A stretch of DNA of 64,000 bases, taken from Gekko japonicus. Its lineage: Eukaryota. The stretch lies in assembly GCF_001447785.1 (NCBI RefSeq), contig NW_015168654.1, forward strand, positions 2,120,031-2,184,030, in the 5' to 3' direction. Under the pieces are notes generated by a model. That model ran no database searches, was not told the origin of the DNA, and saw nothing but the letters and a program-made list of their open reading frames with translations. The position numbers were made by a program, and so were the translations under genes. Below are positions 10,701 to 23,251 of this stretch, piece by piece. Numbering within the stretch: position 1 is the stretch's first letter; each line of letters starts with the position of its first letter.

Positions 10701-13700
10701 GGGTAGTGGAGACATCTAAGCAAAGGCATTGTCCTGATGGGGAGGGAGTGGAACCTTTTGGGCTGACAATGACCTCTCTTGATCAACCACAGTACGACAG
10801 GACCACTTGCTGGGAGGCAGTGAGATCTTCAACAGCTTCCTGCGCAAAGCTCAGCAGGTAAGAAAAGAAAGGAGCCAGTTTGGGGGGGGGTGGGGTATGG
10901 GAGGAAAGGGTTGCAGTATTGCAAGTAGAGGTAAACAGACCTCGATCCCCGTGTGCCCTCAGGAGACCCAGCAGATCCCCACTGAAGAAGTACAACTGGA
11001 AGTGCTTCTGTCCAATGGGCAGAAGGTCAAGGTCAATATCCTCACCTCGGATCAAACCGAAGATGTCCTCGAGGTGAGCACCTTCCCCCAGGGGTGGCAG
11101 CATGCCATTTGGTTCCTGTTAGTAGAGCATGGGGAGCATTCTTCAAAACGTTTCTTGCTCTCCTTAAAGTCAAGCTCTTTTTGAAGGGGTGTGACAAAGC
11201 AGCATCTTCTGGCTTGCTCCCTCTGTCATGTCTGTGACCAGGACAGCTTTTCACAGCTGTAGGGAGACTTCAGATTACGGTGACCCCCCCTCCCATTGTT
11301 TTCAGGCTGTAGCCTCCAAGCTGGACCTGCCAGATGACTTGATTGGCTACTTCCACCTCTTCCTGGTACGAGAAGCCAAGGACGGAGCTTTTTCCTGTGA
11401 GTGTCCTCTCTGGCTGGCTCTNNNNNNNNNNNNNNNNNNNNNNNNNNNNNNNNNNNNNNNNNGTTGCCTGCATGAACTGGAGGGGGGTGGAATGCTACAG
11501 TGGGTGTGCTCTGGCCCAGCTTTTTCTGAGCTGTCTTCTCTTCCAGTCATTCGGAAACTGCAGGAGTTTGAACTGCCGTATGTGTCTGTTACCAGCCTCC
11601 ACAACCCGGACTACAAGATCCTTCTGCGGAAAAGGTATGTGGGAGTGCAGGGTGGAAAGAGCAATGAAGAGGAGAAGTGGTTGGATTTATACTCTGCCCT
11701 TCACTCGGAGTCTCAGAGCAGCTTACAAAGTCCTTCCCCTCCCCACAACAGACAAAACTATGGCTTGCCCAAGGTCATCCAGCAGCTGCAAGTGGGGCAC
11801 AGTGGGGAATCAAACCCGGTCCTCCCATATTAGAGTCCACACACTTAACCACTACACCAAACTGGCTCAGTCACAACTTGATTGAGCAACCTCATGCAAT
11901 CTGGCGAAGGGTCACCTTTCCTGTACTCTCCGTCTCCTAGCTACTGGGACTCTGCCTACGATGATGATGTCATGGAGCAGCGGGTGGGGCTGAACCTGCT
12001 ATATGCCCAGGTGAGAGGATGTGGTTCCTGTAGGGAGTGTGGGGAAGGGAGTCGGCGGCAAGCACTGCAGCTCGGCCTACTTTCTCCTTCTGCTCATCTC
12101 TTCACAGACAGTAGCGGACATTGAGCAGGGTTGGATACTCGCCAGCAAGGAGCAGCACCGACAGCTGAAGTCCTTGCAGGAGAAGGTCTCCAAGAAGGAG
12201 GTGGGCCCCCACTCTGTAAGCAGAGCCTCTCTGGCACTAGTCCTGGGCTGCTTCTGGCTCCCTGGTTTCCTCAGTGGCAGTCAAGGTGAGAGATTAGGCA
12301 ACTGTCACAGATAGGCGGGCTCTTGTTCCAACGCTCCCTTTCTTCTTTTCACCCCACAGTTCATCCGCCTGGCACAGACCCTCAAGTATTATGGCTATCT
12401 CAAATTTGACCCCTGTATTACCGACTTCCCCGAGAAGGGCTGCCATGTCATCGTCGGGGCTGGGAACAGCGAGTTGAACTTCCAGGTCAAGCTGCCAAAC
12501 GACCAGATCAAGGAGGGGAGTTTCAAAGTGACCCGCATGCGCTGCTGGCGGGTTACTTCCTCGGTGAGTAAACCTATGAAGCTGCCTTGGTCTAACAAGA
12601 CCCTGTTTTCTGGTGGAGGTGGCGGCAGCTTTCGGGTCACACAGAGAACAGTCTTCCCTAGCCCAGCTATCGGGAGTTTCTAAAGAACAAACCTGGAACC
12701 TTCTGCAGAGTGCTCTGCAGCACAGAGTACCTGCAGCACAGGTACATGAGCTTCAGGCTCTCACAACCAATGTTCCCTCTAAGCTGTGGAGTCTGGTGAG
12801 CAAAGATTCTACTTTGTCAGCTACTGGCATCAAAGTTGTGAGCGAGCAATTTGGCTGCTGCATAAATTAGTCTGCTCTGGAGCCATCCTTCCTGAGCTAA
12901 GACAAAAATGTGTGAGCTGGAGGCTAAAAAGCTGTGAGCTAGCTCACACTAACTCGGCTTAGAGGGAACACTGCTCACAACTGTACGTTTTTCAGGTCCC
13001 TGTGAACAACGGTACATCGGGCCCACCGGCGAGCAAGTCAGAAGTGAAACTGGAACTGGCCTTTGAGTATCTGATGAGCAAGGACCGCCTGCAATGGGTC
13101 ACCATCACCAGCCCACAAGTAGGTATCCGGTGGGAGATGGGGGACCTTGGCAAGAGGTTTCATCTCTACTTGCATTTTCAAAGTTTCCAGCAGGGGGGAA
13201 AAAAAGAAGGCTCCAAACTTCTGATTGCAAAATGGAGACTTCAGCTGCTTCTTTTTTCTCTTAAGGCTATAATGCTGAGCATCTGCCTGCAGTCCATGGT
13301 GGATGAGTTGATGGTGAAGAAGTCAGGAGGCAGCATCCGCAAGGTCAGAGTGTGGCTCAGGCAGGCTTTTAGGAGTGCTGGTGGAGGGAGATGGAGCAAT
13401 AATTCCTCCTCCTGTTAGAACCGTGGGGAAGGAAAGGCAGGAGCAGGGCCCTATAAACGCTGCCCGTTTTCACTGCTTGTTCTCCCTCCAGATGTTCCGT
13501 AGGCGAGCCAATGGTGCCCTGCAGCGTTCGGACAGCCAACAAGCAGTGAAGTCGCCTCCACTTCTGGTGAGCAGGCTTCATCCCTGGATATCCCCTCTCC
13601 CCTTGACCCCTTACGTGGAGGGGGTGTTTCTGTAATAATGCTTTCATCCCCTTAATACATCTGCTTGTCCTGCCAGGATTCTCCTGACGCCAATAGGGAA

Positions 13701-13960
13701 TCGATTGCAAAGGTCTCGGTAAGTCACATTGCCCCGTGCCGTTCCCATAGGATAGAGGGCCAGTCTCTCTGCGTTCCGGGGTGGAGGGGCCCCGGGAAAT
13801 GGGGGAGGGCAAAGTTTCTGACTCCTTCTTCTTCCTACAGAGTAAGCTCAGCTCTGTCAGCCTGCGGGCAATCAGCCATTCCAGCTCTTCCACCGACATC
13901 AAGGCCAACGACTTTCACGGCAACTTTGCCTTCGAAGGCATTGGCGACGAGGACCTCTAG
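7528..13960 (+). CDS. SNX17: Sorting nexin 17 (PX + FERM-like), ~471 aa. Exons: 7528-7590, 9963-10037, 10350-10467, 10793-10857, 10963-11073, 11306-11396, 11547-11634, 11941-12010, 12108-12200, 12360-12563, 12996-13118, 13266-13343, 13492-13566, 13677-13718, 13841-13960
   Basis: Starts MHFSIPETETR, contains AYNIHVNGVLHC and LRKEYGANVVPAFPPKKIF, ends NFAFEGIGDEDL*. All 14 introns are GT-AG and the phases give an open 1416-nt CDS. Confidence 0.97.
11422..11462. other. Assembly gap (N run) in an SNX17 intron
   Basis: Run of n. Confidence 0.99.
11670..11866 (-). mobile_element. CORE-type SINE (Squam3-like)
   Basis: Reverse-complement tRNA head CCAGTTTGGTGTAGTGGTTAAG and (CTC/CTT) tail. Confidence 0.75.
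12768..12973. mobile_element. hAT-type MITE, 8-bp TSD CTCACAAC
   Basis: TIR CAATGTTCCCTCTAAG / CTTAGAGGGAACACTG; perfect 8-bp TSD; sister copy at 44572-44777. Confidence 0.9.
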
Positions 13961-14321
13961 GCACCCTGCCCTGCCCGCATCTGTGGAATGTACGACCTGC
14001 TCCTGGGTTGTGAGATGGATGTGCCTCAATCAACCCTGGCTGGCCCCCCCGTCCTCCACCCCCACCCACCCCCGTGCCTGCAGCCTGTGGGGACTTCCTT
14101 TGCAAGGCAGCCGCATGGGGCAACTGGCTGGCAGCTTCAGCTCCATACATGCCAAGTTAGGGTAGAGTGGACACTCGCACAAAAAAAAAGAAAAAGAAAA
14201 AAAAAAGAGCATTCGTGGCTCTGGCGCTAACCATAGACTCCAGCATACCCGCTAGGCTTATAACCTTGTTTTTATCTTCCTGCTGTTTACAGATGAACAT
14301 TAACAAATGTTTGTGGCAATG

Positions 14322-14327
14322 ATTAAA
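14322..14327 (+). terminator. Candidate polyadenylation signal (ATTAAA) for SNX17
   Basis: About 360 nt after the SNX17 stop codon. Confidence 0.45.
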
Positions 14328-14614
14328 TAGTACATGATTGGGAACGGGGCCTTCGAGCCCTCCCAGTGCTACTCCCTTCTTTCTGTAGCCAAGCTAGCTG
14401 TGAGACAAGTTATTCTCCCCTGCCAGAAAAAGTTTGATCGGTAGTGCTTACCTGCTTCGTGGGAGAGGGCCCTCTACCCATAGCGGAGGTGGGAGAGCTC
14501 AGAGGGGGTGCTAAATGGTTCTTTTGGCAGGGAAGCCTTTCCAACATAAAGAAGAGAAGTGGAGGGAGAAGGGGGGGGAAGCCCACAGATGCCTGTTCTG
14601 AATCTCTTCCCTTG

Positions 14615-14876
14615 AGGAGGAGGAGATTGGATTTATACCCCGCCCTTCACTCAGAGTGACTTACAGACTCCTTTCCCTTCCCCTCCCCACAACAGACACC
14701 CTGTGAGGTAGGTGGGGCTGAGACAGCTCTTTCAAGAATTGCCCTTTCAAGGACAGCTCTTGTCAGAACTGTGGCTTGCCCAAGGTCATCCAGCAGATGG
14801 AAGTGGAGGAAGTGGGGAATGAAATGCGGTTCTCCCAGATTAGAGTCTGCGCACTTAACCACTACACCAAACTGGC
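14615..14876 (-). mobile_element. CORE-type SINE (Squam3-like) between the SNX17 and ZNF513 3' ends
   Basis: Same family as 11670-11866. Confidence 0.75.
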
Positions 14877-15409
14877 CTGGCCCACTTCAGGCCAGGCTCT
14901 GGCTCACATAGGCTCTGGGTTCAGGTACTACCCCTCCCCACCTCAGCCAAAATAAAGCAAGATAAGAAAACCATTTACTGCGTTAATACACCATATAAAT
15001 TACACAGACTCAAGCAGCAACCACAGTTAAAGGAAGGGGGAGGTGTGGCAGGCACAAAAGACAGAACAGCACCAAGAACTTCCCCCTCCCTGGGCTTCAA
15101 GCTGCACCCCCTCCCGAGCAGCAGGCCGAATCTGTCACTCTGATGTGAGATGGGACCATGAGGAGCAGAAAGTACAATTTGCTTTCTCCAGCCCTCAGAA
15201 CAGGAACGTAGTTCAGAGCTTATACGGTAAAACTCCCCCCCCCCCGAGGTATACACAGCTTCCATACGGCCCCAAGGAGCTTGCTAACAAGTCAGTGCCT
15301 CAAGTCTACCCCCACAGGCAGTGAAGGCGGATGGCTCCCGTTCTGTCCACCAAGACTGCGGAAGTGTCCAGGACCATGTCTTAAGTGCCCAAAGAACCTT
15401 CTCCCCGAT

Positions 15410-18400
15410 TTAGGGCATACTGCTATCAGGGCCAGGTCCCCCTTCATCTGCCAGGACCTGCCCATGCACCTTTTGGTGGCGCTTATAGTTGTCCCAGTGG
15501 CCGGTGGTGTAGGGGCAGATGCGGCACTGGAAGGGCTTCTCACCGGTGTGTCTCAGCATGTGGCGTTTGAGGTTCATGCTCTGATTGCAGGAGTAGGAGC
15601 AGAGGCGGCAGCGGAAGGGCTTGTCCCCCGAGTGGATGCGGCCGTGGCGCTTGAGGTTGGCAAGGTTGCCGCAGGCGTAGGGGCACAGCGGGCACTTGTA
15701 GGGTTTCTCGCCAGTGTGCACCCGCTGATGGCGCTTGAGGTTGTCCAGGTGGGCCGAGGCATACGGGCAGAGGGCGCAGGTGAAAGGTTTCTCACCGCTG
15801 TGGGTCTTCATGTGCCGTGCCAGGTGGTTGGGATAGGTTGTAACAAAGGAACACAGCTGGCACGAGAAGCCTTTAGGAGAGGCAGGCTCAGTCCCCAGCA
15901 CTGTCAGGCTGCAGCGCCCACACACGGGCTCGCCCAGGCCCTCGTCAGCCTCCAGAACCAGACCACAGGCCCTACAGGTGAACGGGAATAGCAGCTCGGG
16001 AAGAACAGTGGCAGAGTCCTCGGACCGCAGGAAGGGGGAGCCAGGCAGCAACGGTTCTGCGAAAGAAAAAAAAAGTGAGCAAGTTTGCTGGCCTTCCCAA
16101 GTTCCCTGTGCAGGTCTCCTTTGGTGAAGGCACCACATCACTTCTTACAGCCCAGCCCCAAGCCTGTGCTGTGAAGCCCTTGAGAACCAAGATATCTAAA
16201 ACTGGACAAGAAGCACAGATCAGCAGCAAGAGCAAGTTAGAGTTCAGTTTATCTGCGGGAAAGGTTGGAGTTCCTGGTTGCGAACTCCACTGGCCCACTA
16301 AAGCTGCAGCTAATTTCTGTCATACAACAAGATGACACGTCCCCGCTCCAAGGAGTTTTACAGGCTAAAATTTAAGATGGGGAGCTGTATTATGTCGACT
16401 GCAAGGCAGGAATCTTATGACAGTTTGAATGCACTTTGTTCCAGCATAAGCTTTTGTCATGTACAGGCCACTAACCCGTACACTCTTGTATATGCTCACT
16501 GTGCAGTCATTTTATGGAGAAGTACTTTAAAAAGATCAGGGAAGGGATGCAGACTCAAGAAAAGTGTATTCAGGCTACGTTTCAGCAGGGCAGGGAAACA
16601 GCCAGGTTGGAGATTCAGTCTCAAATGACGGTACACAACCTTTCCCCTAGAATTGGAGAATCATGAAAGCTTCAACCTGGGAGGGGGGTAGCTTTTGCTA
16701 TGTCAAGGGTATTGCCAAGACTTGCTCCTCTGCATCCCAGGCCCCCTAAGAAATGCCCCTTGCCCTGACTGGTACCTGGCTCCTGGTCAGCTACAGGTGG
16801 TCCCTCCAATTCTGGCTCTGATTCCCCTTGGAGCTGCTGGCTGTGGTCCTGGAAAGAGTTGCCATGGATGCAGCGGCAGTTGCAGGGGCCGCTTTGTGGC
16901 AGCCGTTCCTGGCCATGGACTCGCTGGTGCCTCTTGAGGTTGCCAAGGCTGCTGCAAGCAAAGGGGCAAGTGGGGCAGCGGTATGGCTTCTCGCCGGTGT
17001 GGGTGCGCAGGTGGCGTGTCAGGTTGACCAGCTGGGCTGAGGCGTAGGAGCAGTGCGGGCAGCGGTAAGGCTTTTCACCGTTGTGAGTCTTCATGTGCCG
17101 TTTGAGGTGGCTGGAGTAGTGTGAAGTGAAGGAGCACAGCTGGCAGGAGAAGACCACGCGCCCCTTTGGGGAGCCTTCCTCGTCCCCCTCGGGGCAAGGG
17201 CGGCAGTGGGCGGAGCCGGGAGCAGGCAGGCCACAGTGGTGACAGGCCAGGTCTGGGCCACCAGTTTCTCTGTCCTCCTGGGTCTGGCACAGAGGTGCGA
17301 ACTCCTCCTCGCTCAGTGTGTAGGCCGGCAGCCCAGGAGTCCCCCCAAGGGAGTCTGCAGCACACAAGGAGGGGGCATCAGGTAGGCAGCTGTGGGGATC
17401 CTCACCTTGGCCTCTCCCTTTCCTGCTGGTACAATAGGGGGTTACCGGGTGGGGGACCTAAGCTGCAGGAACCCTTACCACCCCCAGGCTTCCCTGCTCT
17501 GCTGCTCCCCCAGAAGGGATGCCTGACCTGGTGGCCCTCACTTTTGTCTAGAAGCTCTGGAGTCTTGTCCAACAGCTGCAACCAACCTGCATGCTCCCTA
17601 CAGAACACTCCACAACTCTCTCCTTCCCCACCACCTCCCCCCTCACTACAAATCTGCACCCCACAGCAATCATAAGGGACAGAGAAGAAAAAGCTCACTG
17701 TTTGGTTTTGACACTCCTGGCTCCAAACTCAGCTAAGCAAGAACCGAGGACACCCGCAATGCCACTGACCCAAGCCAGCGGCCCAATGCAAAGAAGGCGC
17801 TACCAGCTTACTAGCCTAGGGCTACCCGGGGACCCACCGGACCACAACCTCCCATCCCACCGAACCAACCTTCTGAGTCCTTCTCGAAGGCCAGGATCTG
17901 GTCGCCGCTCTCCTCCAGCTCCAGCTCCTCCTCTAGGAGGAAGTTACCCTGCGGCGCCAGGCTGTCTCCCGGGGGCTCAGCGGGAACTCCGACGGCATCC
18001 ACTGCAACAGAGGGAAGCCGCTTCAGAGAAGGGCTCGGCAAGCACCGCAAACCGGACTGGGTTCACCTGTGTACCACCGCGCGCGTGTGTGGGGGAGTGG
18101 GGAGCATCCCAGGCGGAACCCCAAGCCCGATCTCCACCCCCTCCCCCGCCGCGGCACTTTGAGGGGAAAGTAGGGTTTCTAGCCCTCACGAGCGCCTGAC
18201 CAGAGAATCGCAGAGCGACGGCTCGGGCCGGAGACGGCAGGAGGAGAATTGTAGGGAGGGAGCAGCCCGAACTCCCTCCGGTTGAGGGAATCGGCCTCGA
18301 AGCCTGGAGGAAGAAGACACCACCAGCAGCCCCTCGGTGAATAGAAGGAGAAGGGCCGGGCCTGCCTCACCTTTGACTGGCTGCGGGTTACGCTGCTTCC

Positions 18401-18410
18401 GGCGGGGCAT
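15410..18410 (-). CDS. ZNF513: C2H2 zinc finger protein 513, ~465 aa. Exons: 18410-18371, 18001-17870, 17354-16776, 16056-15410
   Basis: MPRRKQRNPQPVK start; fingers SHYSSHLKRH, ASAQLVNLTRH, YPNHLARH, AHLDNLKRH, NQSMNLKRH and GHWDNYKRH are characteristic of ZNF513. Phase-1 GT-AG introns; syntenic position. Confidence 0.95.
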
Positions 18411-18850
18411 TTTGCCCGGCGGGGGGGAGGGCGGCCGCTCCAGCCCTGGGCGCCTCCCCCGCACCGGGTCGCTCAGCGCCGCTCGGCCTCGTCTTCCGCC
18501 TGCGCCGCCCCGAGGCCCCGGCAGCCGCTCCCGCCGACGCTCCCGCCCATCCGCGGGGCGGGCAGCCAGAGCAGCCTGCGGTTCCGGTTCCGCTCCCGCC
18601 CGTGTTGCAAGACGGGAAGTGAAGTCCTTAGAAAGCACAAAAGAAGGACCGGAAGGACCGTGAAGAACGCGCCCTTACGCAATAGCCGAGAGCTCTGGCG
18701 AGAGACGTAGCGAGACGCTCGAACCGCTTCGCCCCCCTTGTGATTATTGTAGCCCTGCCTTGTGTCTCCTGTCGCCGCGATTCCTTTAAGGGGTGTTCTG
18801 GTCTGCTGCAGAATGAGGCGGGCGTTTTGGGTTCTCCGCAGAACCCTGAG
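17950..18850. promoter_or_regulatory. ZNF513 CpG-island promoter with ETS-like (CGGAAG/GGAAGTG) motifs
   Basis: CpG dense; GGAAGTG at ~18615 and CCGGAAG at ~18649. Confidence 0.7.
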
Positions 18851-18927
18851 AGAGTCTGAGCATGTTTGTGCGGTCCCCCGTGAAGAAGAAGAAGAGTTAG
18901 CTATTATACCCCGCTTTTCTCTACCTT

Positions 18928-19295
18928 TTGTTGTTGTTCAGTCACACATTCGAGTCCGACTCTTTGTGACCCCATGGACCACATCACGCCAGGCCCTCCT
19001 GTCTTCCACCAGCCTCTGCTTAATTTTATGTTCGTTGCATCGATGACACTGTCTAACCATCTCATCCTTTGCCGTCCCCGTCTTCTTTTCCCTTCAATCA
19101 TTCCCAGCATCAGGGTCTTCTCCAGTGAGTGCTCCCTTCTCATTTGGTGGCCAAAGTATTTGAGCTTCAGCTTCAGTATCTGGCCTTCCAGGAACAGTAA
19201 GGGTTGATTTCTTTTAGGATTGACTCTCAAAAGTCAAAAGGGACTCTGAAATGTCTTCTCCAGCACCATAATTCAAAAGCATCTATTCTTTGGCA
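18928..19295 (-). mobile_element. BovB/RTE LINE 3' fragment
   Basis: LKLKYFGHQMRREHSLEKTLMLG..RMRWLD; (CAA)n tail on the minus strand; similar to 5377-6190. Confidence 0.88.
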
Positions 19296-21149
19296 CTCCT
19301 GTATTTTTTGTTCTGCATGTCTGAAGTGTTCTTCGGAAACCAGTCCAACTCTGCCTCTGGCCTGCCAAAGTACTGCTACGATTTTAGCAGTTAAGTCCAA
19401 CAACCACTCCCTGGTATTCCTAGTCTGAACTTTAACGGGGTTCTTGTTCCAGATGCTTTTCTTGGGCTTGAAGAAGCTGGAGCAATGTGGTGGTACTTGC
19501 AGTATTCTGGTTAACTGAATCATTTGATCTTGCTGCAAAGATGCATTTGGTCTTCCTCCTTGGTACAGCCCTTCATGATAGGTCTCTCTGTGCATATGGC
19601 AGGGAGAGGAATGGGGCTGCATTTGACTCTTTCTTTTGAAATGTTCTGTGGAATGATTCATGAAACTTTAATACTTTTTTTGCTGCTGGGAGATTCCTGC
19701 CAGCTGTAGTGCCTAAGCAGTTCATAACCCAGACCCAGACCTCTGGGCTGAGGGCTCACCATGATGCCTTGATGTCATTCAGAACCTGCTGGGGAAATCA
19801 GATCACTGTTAAAGCCACTTAACCCGTGATTCTTCATTTGCACATGCGAGTCAGAACCTAGCCTATCCCTCCTTGATCCAACTTTTACTTATTTACTTCC
19901 TTACTTCCTTAATTTATAGTCCACCTTTCTCACTGAGGTGCATGGTGGATTACAAAACTTTTTTAAAAATCACAATGTCATAAAATAATATAATGGATAT
20001 AATAGACAATGCAATAAAACTGTGTTATAACATTTTGAAACAATGCAATAAAACCAGTATAATACATACAGTAAACGATGCAATAGAAGTACCTATTTTT
20101 TCCACAGATATTAAAACGACAGCTCTGTTCCCTTAATAAGAATGCCCTCCTGAACATTTTCACTTTGCATGTTCTGCAAAATGAAAATATAGGAGCCTTC
20201 CTAACCATGTCAGGTGGGCCCTTCCACGAAGTTGGAGCCATAGCAGAGAATGCTCAGGTGTGGGTAGCTGTTGATCTTACCCATTTCTGGGGAGCAGAGG
20301 AGGTTCTGGGAGGGAAACATGGAATCCATCAGAAGCTTAGCAGCATATTTGAGCCTGAATACTTATTGAGATCAGTGTCCTATCTAAATATCTTATTTTT
20401 TGTAAAGCACTTTATGAGCATGAGAGCTTTTGTATTACTCTGATATTTCCTGAGGAAGATCCAATTTTGAAACGTTGTTATATAATCCGGAGACGACGAC
20501 AATGTATTTTTACACAAGGATTTTCTTATGATTTGAAGGAATTTGTTTATTGTGTTGTAGTGCTTGTTGACAATAATATACAGAAAGCATTTTTTGCAAG
20601 TCTTGTTGACTGCCTGATCTGTGGGTTAGACTCTCACGACTGTTTTCTTTACATTTGTTCTCAGATGCACTGTTGTCAGTCACTGGCTCTGAGTCCAGTT
20701 TCCCTATTGGGGCCCCCTCAATTTCCCAAGATCCTAAACCCCATTTCTGTAAAATGCTCACAAAAAGGGAAAAAATAAGGATAACCTGGCCAGTCTGAGA
20801 GCCTCTGCCAGATCTGCTTTTCTTGAACAAAATGATCTAGCAAGTGGAACAGCTGTAGGCAGTCCTGAGTGATGCTGCTTTCTTTGAACCTATAAAACTC
20901 TGGTCTGTGTCTACAGATTAAGCAGGGGATACCATCCTATTAATTCTGTTCAGACCTCTCATCAGCTTCAGACATGCTCCTGGATCACTTAGAGTATCTG
21001 GTAAGGTAATGCTGGTTAGGCTTGCCAATGTTTTGGAGAGGGTGGATCTACCAGTGATAGATGGTGTTACTATCTGATCAAATTAAGAATCTAGGGATAT
21101 TCTTGAATCCACAGGGGCAGTGGCCCAGAGTACTTTCTTACCTTTACGT

Positions 21150-21830
21150 ATTATTCAAAGGTTATTTTCCCTCTAAACCAGTCTGGCCTGGCCCTGTTGA
21201 TCCATGTTTCAGGAGCTTCCAGGCTTGACTACTGTAATGTGCCCTACATGGGGGCTGCTCTGGAAACCAGCCAAGAAGCTTCAGCTGGTACAAAATGCAG
21301 CTGCTTTCCTATTCTCTGGTAAAGGATAGCATGATCATACTTACACCAACTCCACTGGTTACCAGTTTGCTTTAGATCTTATTTCAAGATGACGGTGTTA
21401 ATCTTTAAAGCTTTTAGCAGTCTAGGACTTACATTCCTGAAACCATACTTTTCTATTTGAGCCTGCATGCCAGTTAAGAACTGGACAGCTGGCATTATTG
21501 GTAGTCATTTATTAGGTAAGATCTCCATTGGGCTGATCTGGAGCTTTCAAATTATGTCACCTCTTCTTTGGAACCAGATTCAATGAGCTGAGAAATTCCC
21601 TGTTAAGCATTCACAGAGAATGCTAAACTTCCTTCTTCTGTCTGAGGAAAATGTGTGATGCAACCAGACTGAGTCATTTTTATTTTGGCTTATTGATATA
21701 TGGCGCCTTTGATATATGATAAGATGTCATGTTGATTCTGATTATTTTGATCTATAGGTGTTACTGATATGGATGAGCTGTCTTTTGGGGGTGGGGGAGG
21801 AAGCCAGGGTAAAGGCTTTTAAAATAAATA
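21150..21830 (+). mobile_element. Old, degenerate L2-like LINE 3' fragment
   Basis: Remnants of KLQLVQNAA and LHWLP motifs, similar to 28561-29783. Confidence 0.55.
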
Positions 21831-22724
21831 GACTGGCAGTGTCCCAAATTCAAGGTTAAGCCCAGCAGCTGAGCTCCCGTCACGATGTGCCAAGCAATGG
21901 GCATTGGGTGGCTGCCCTGAGGCAAGAATCTCACCTGCCACCCTTAATTTGGTCTCCAGACAGTGATTAAAGACTGCCAAGGTTGGGCCTGACAATGTCA
22001 GTGTCTCTTTAGCAGTCTCGGTTTATTGATCTTCCCCCCTCACTGATCTTCTCCTGCTGAGAACTCCTCCCATCAGGGGCTCTTTCCTAGTGCAGGACTG
22101 GCACTAGAATCTGAAGACTACAGGGATACCTTCTCTGTGAGGCCGATGAGCTGGCAAAGCTTGGGGATGGACTACACTTCCCAGGATGCCGTGCAGTTGC
22201 TGGAGTGCAGAGTGTGCAGCGGCTGGGGGAGGGGGGCTCAGCTGTTAGTGAAGAAGCAGGCAAGGCAAGGCAGGGGCTCAAGAGAGCGAGAGGCAGGTAA
22301 GCCAGCATCCTTCATCCTTCCTGGCCCTCTCCTAGTTGCCCAGGCAACACCGCTGGGAGGACCCAGCCGGCTCCAGCTGCTGGTAAAGGACAGGCTGACA
22401 TCTGGTTCTCCTTGACTGCTGGGCTGGGATGCGCTCTCTCGATGGGGGGGGGGGGCAGGGGTGGAGGCCAGCTAGGAGCCCTGATGCCCAGGAGGAGGGG
22501 GAGAAGCAACAAAGCCACAGCTTCTCTGTGCTAAAGAGACAGCTGATGGCCAGGGCAGGGGAAGCTCCCGGCCCCTTCATGCCACCAGTCCCAGAGGGGG
22601 GCAGAGCAGGCCCTTCTGTGACCTGTCAGCCCCTGGCAATCTCTCCCTCCCTTCTCCAGCTCCTGCCTGTGCCCTGCAGGCTCTTCCAGTATTGCCAGTC
22701 CCTGCAGGTCAGCCAGACTGGGGC

Positions 22725-22933
22725 GGGCTGCCAACCTCCAGGTGGGGCCTGGAATTCTCCTGGAATCACAACCGATCTCCAGTCTACAGAGGTCAGTTCC
22801 CCTGGAGGGGAAGGGCCGCTTCAGAGAGCAGGCTCATATCCCACTGCGCTCCCTCCCCTCCGACAACTCCTGCACCCTGAGGCGTGCAAACCCCCCCCCC
22901 TCCAGGAATTTCCCAAGCCAGGGCTGGCAACCC
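22725..22933. mobile_element. hAT-like MITE (GGGTTGCC / GGCAACCC family)
   Basis: Ends GGGCTGCCAACCTCC and CTGGCAACCC; similar copy at ~52835-53033. Confidence 0.6.
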
Positions 22934-23251
22934 GGACTATGACCCCCACAGCAGGCAGAGTCAGTCTAGGCTTCTAGGGCACCATTGCTGAGTTCTGTGT
23001 CTGCCTCCCCCCTCTTCTCCTGTCACCTCTCCTAGGTTTCCAGACGTTGATGGGGAGGAAGGTGAGGATGGTACAGCTCCTGGTACTCAGAGCCAGCTGA
23101 GAGAAAGAAAGGCCTTGGAGCTGCTGGGCATGGGGCAGGTGTCTGTGTCCAGGGGGGCTCTCTGTCTGCCTGCTACTCATCCTGGCTGGGCAGCACTATG
23201 TCCGGACGGCCGCCTGCCCCCTCCTTGAGCTAACCCTTCCTCGTCTCCAGC

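Noticed and set aside
15281-15991. 236-aa plus-strand ORF
   Set aside because: Antisense shadow of the ZNF513 zinc-finger exon.
17406-17590. Possible extra ZNF513 exon ending at a strong AAG|GTGAG donor
   Set aside because: Candidate acceptors give either a stop or a phase mismatch with the next exon, and there is no similarity to ZNF513.
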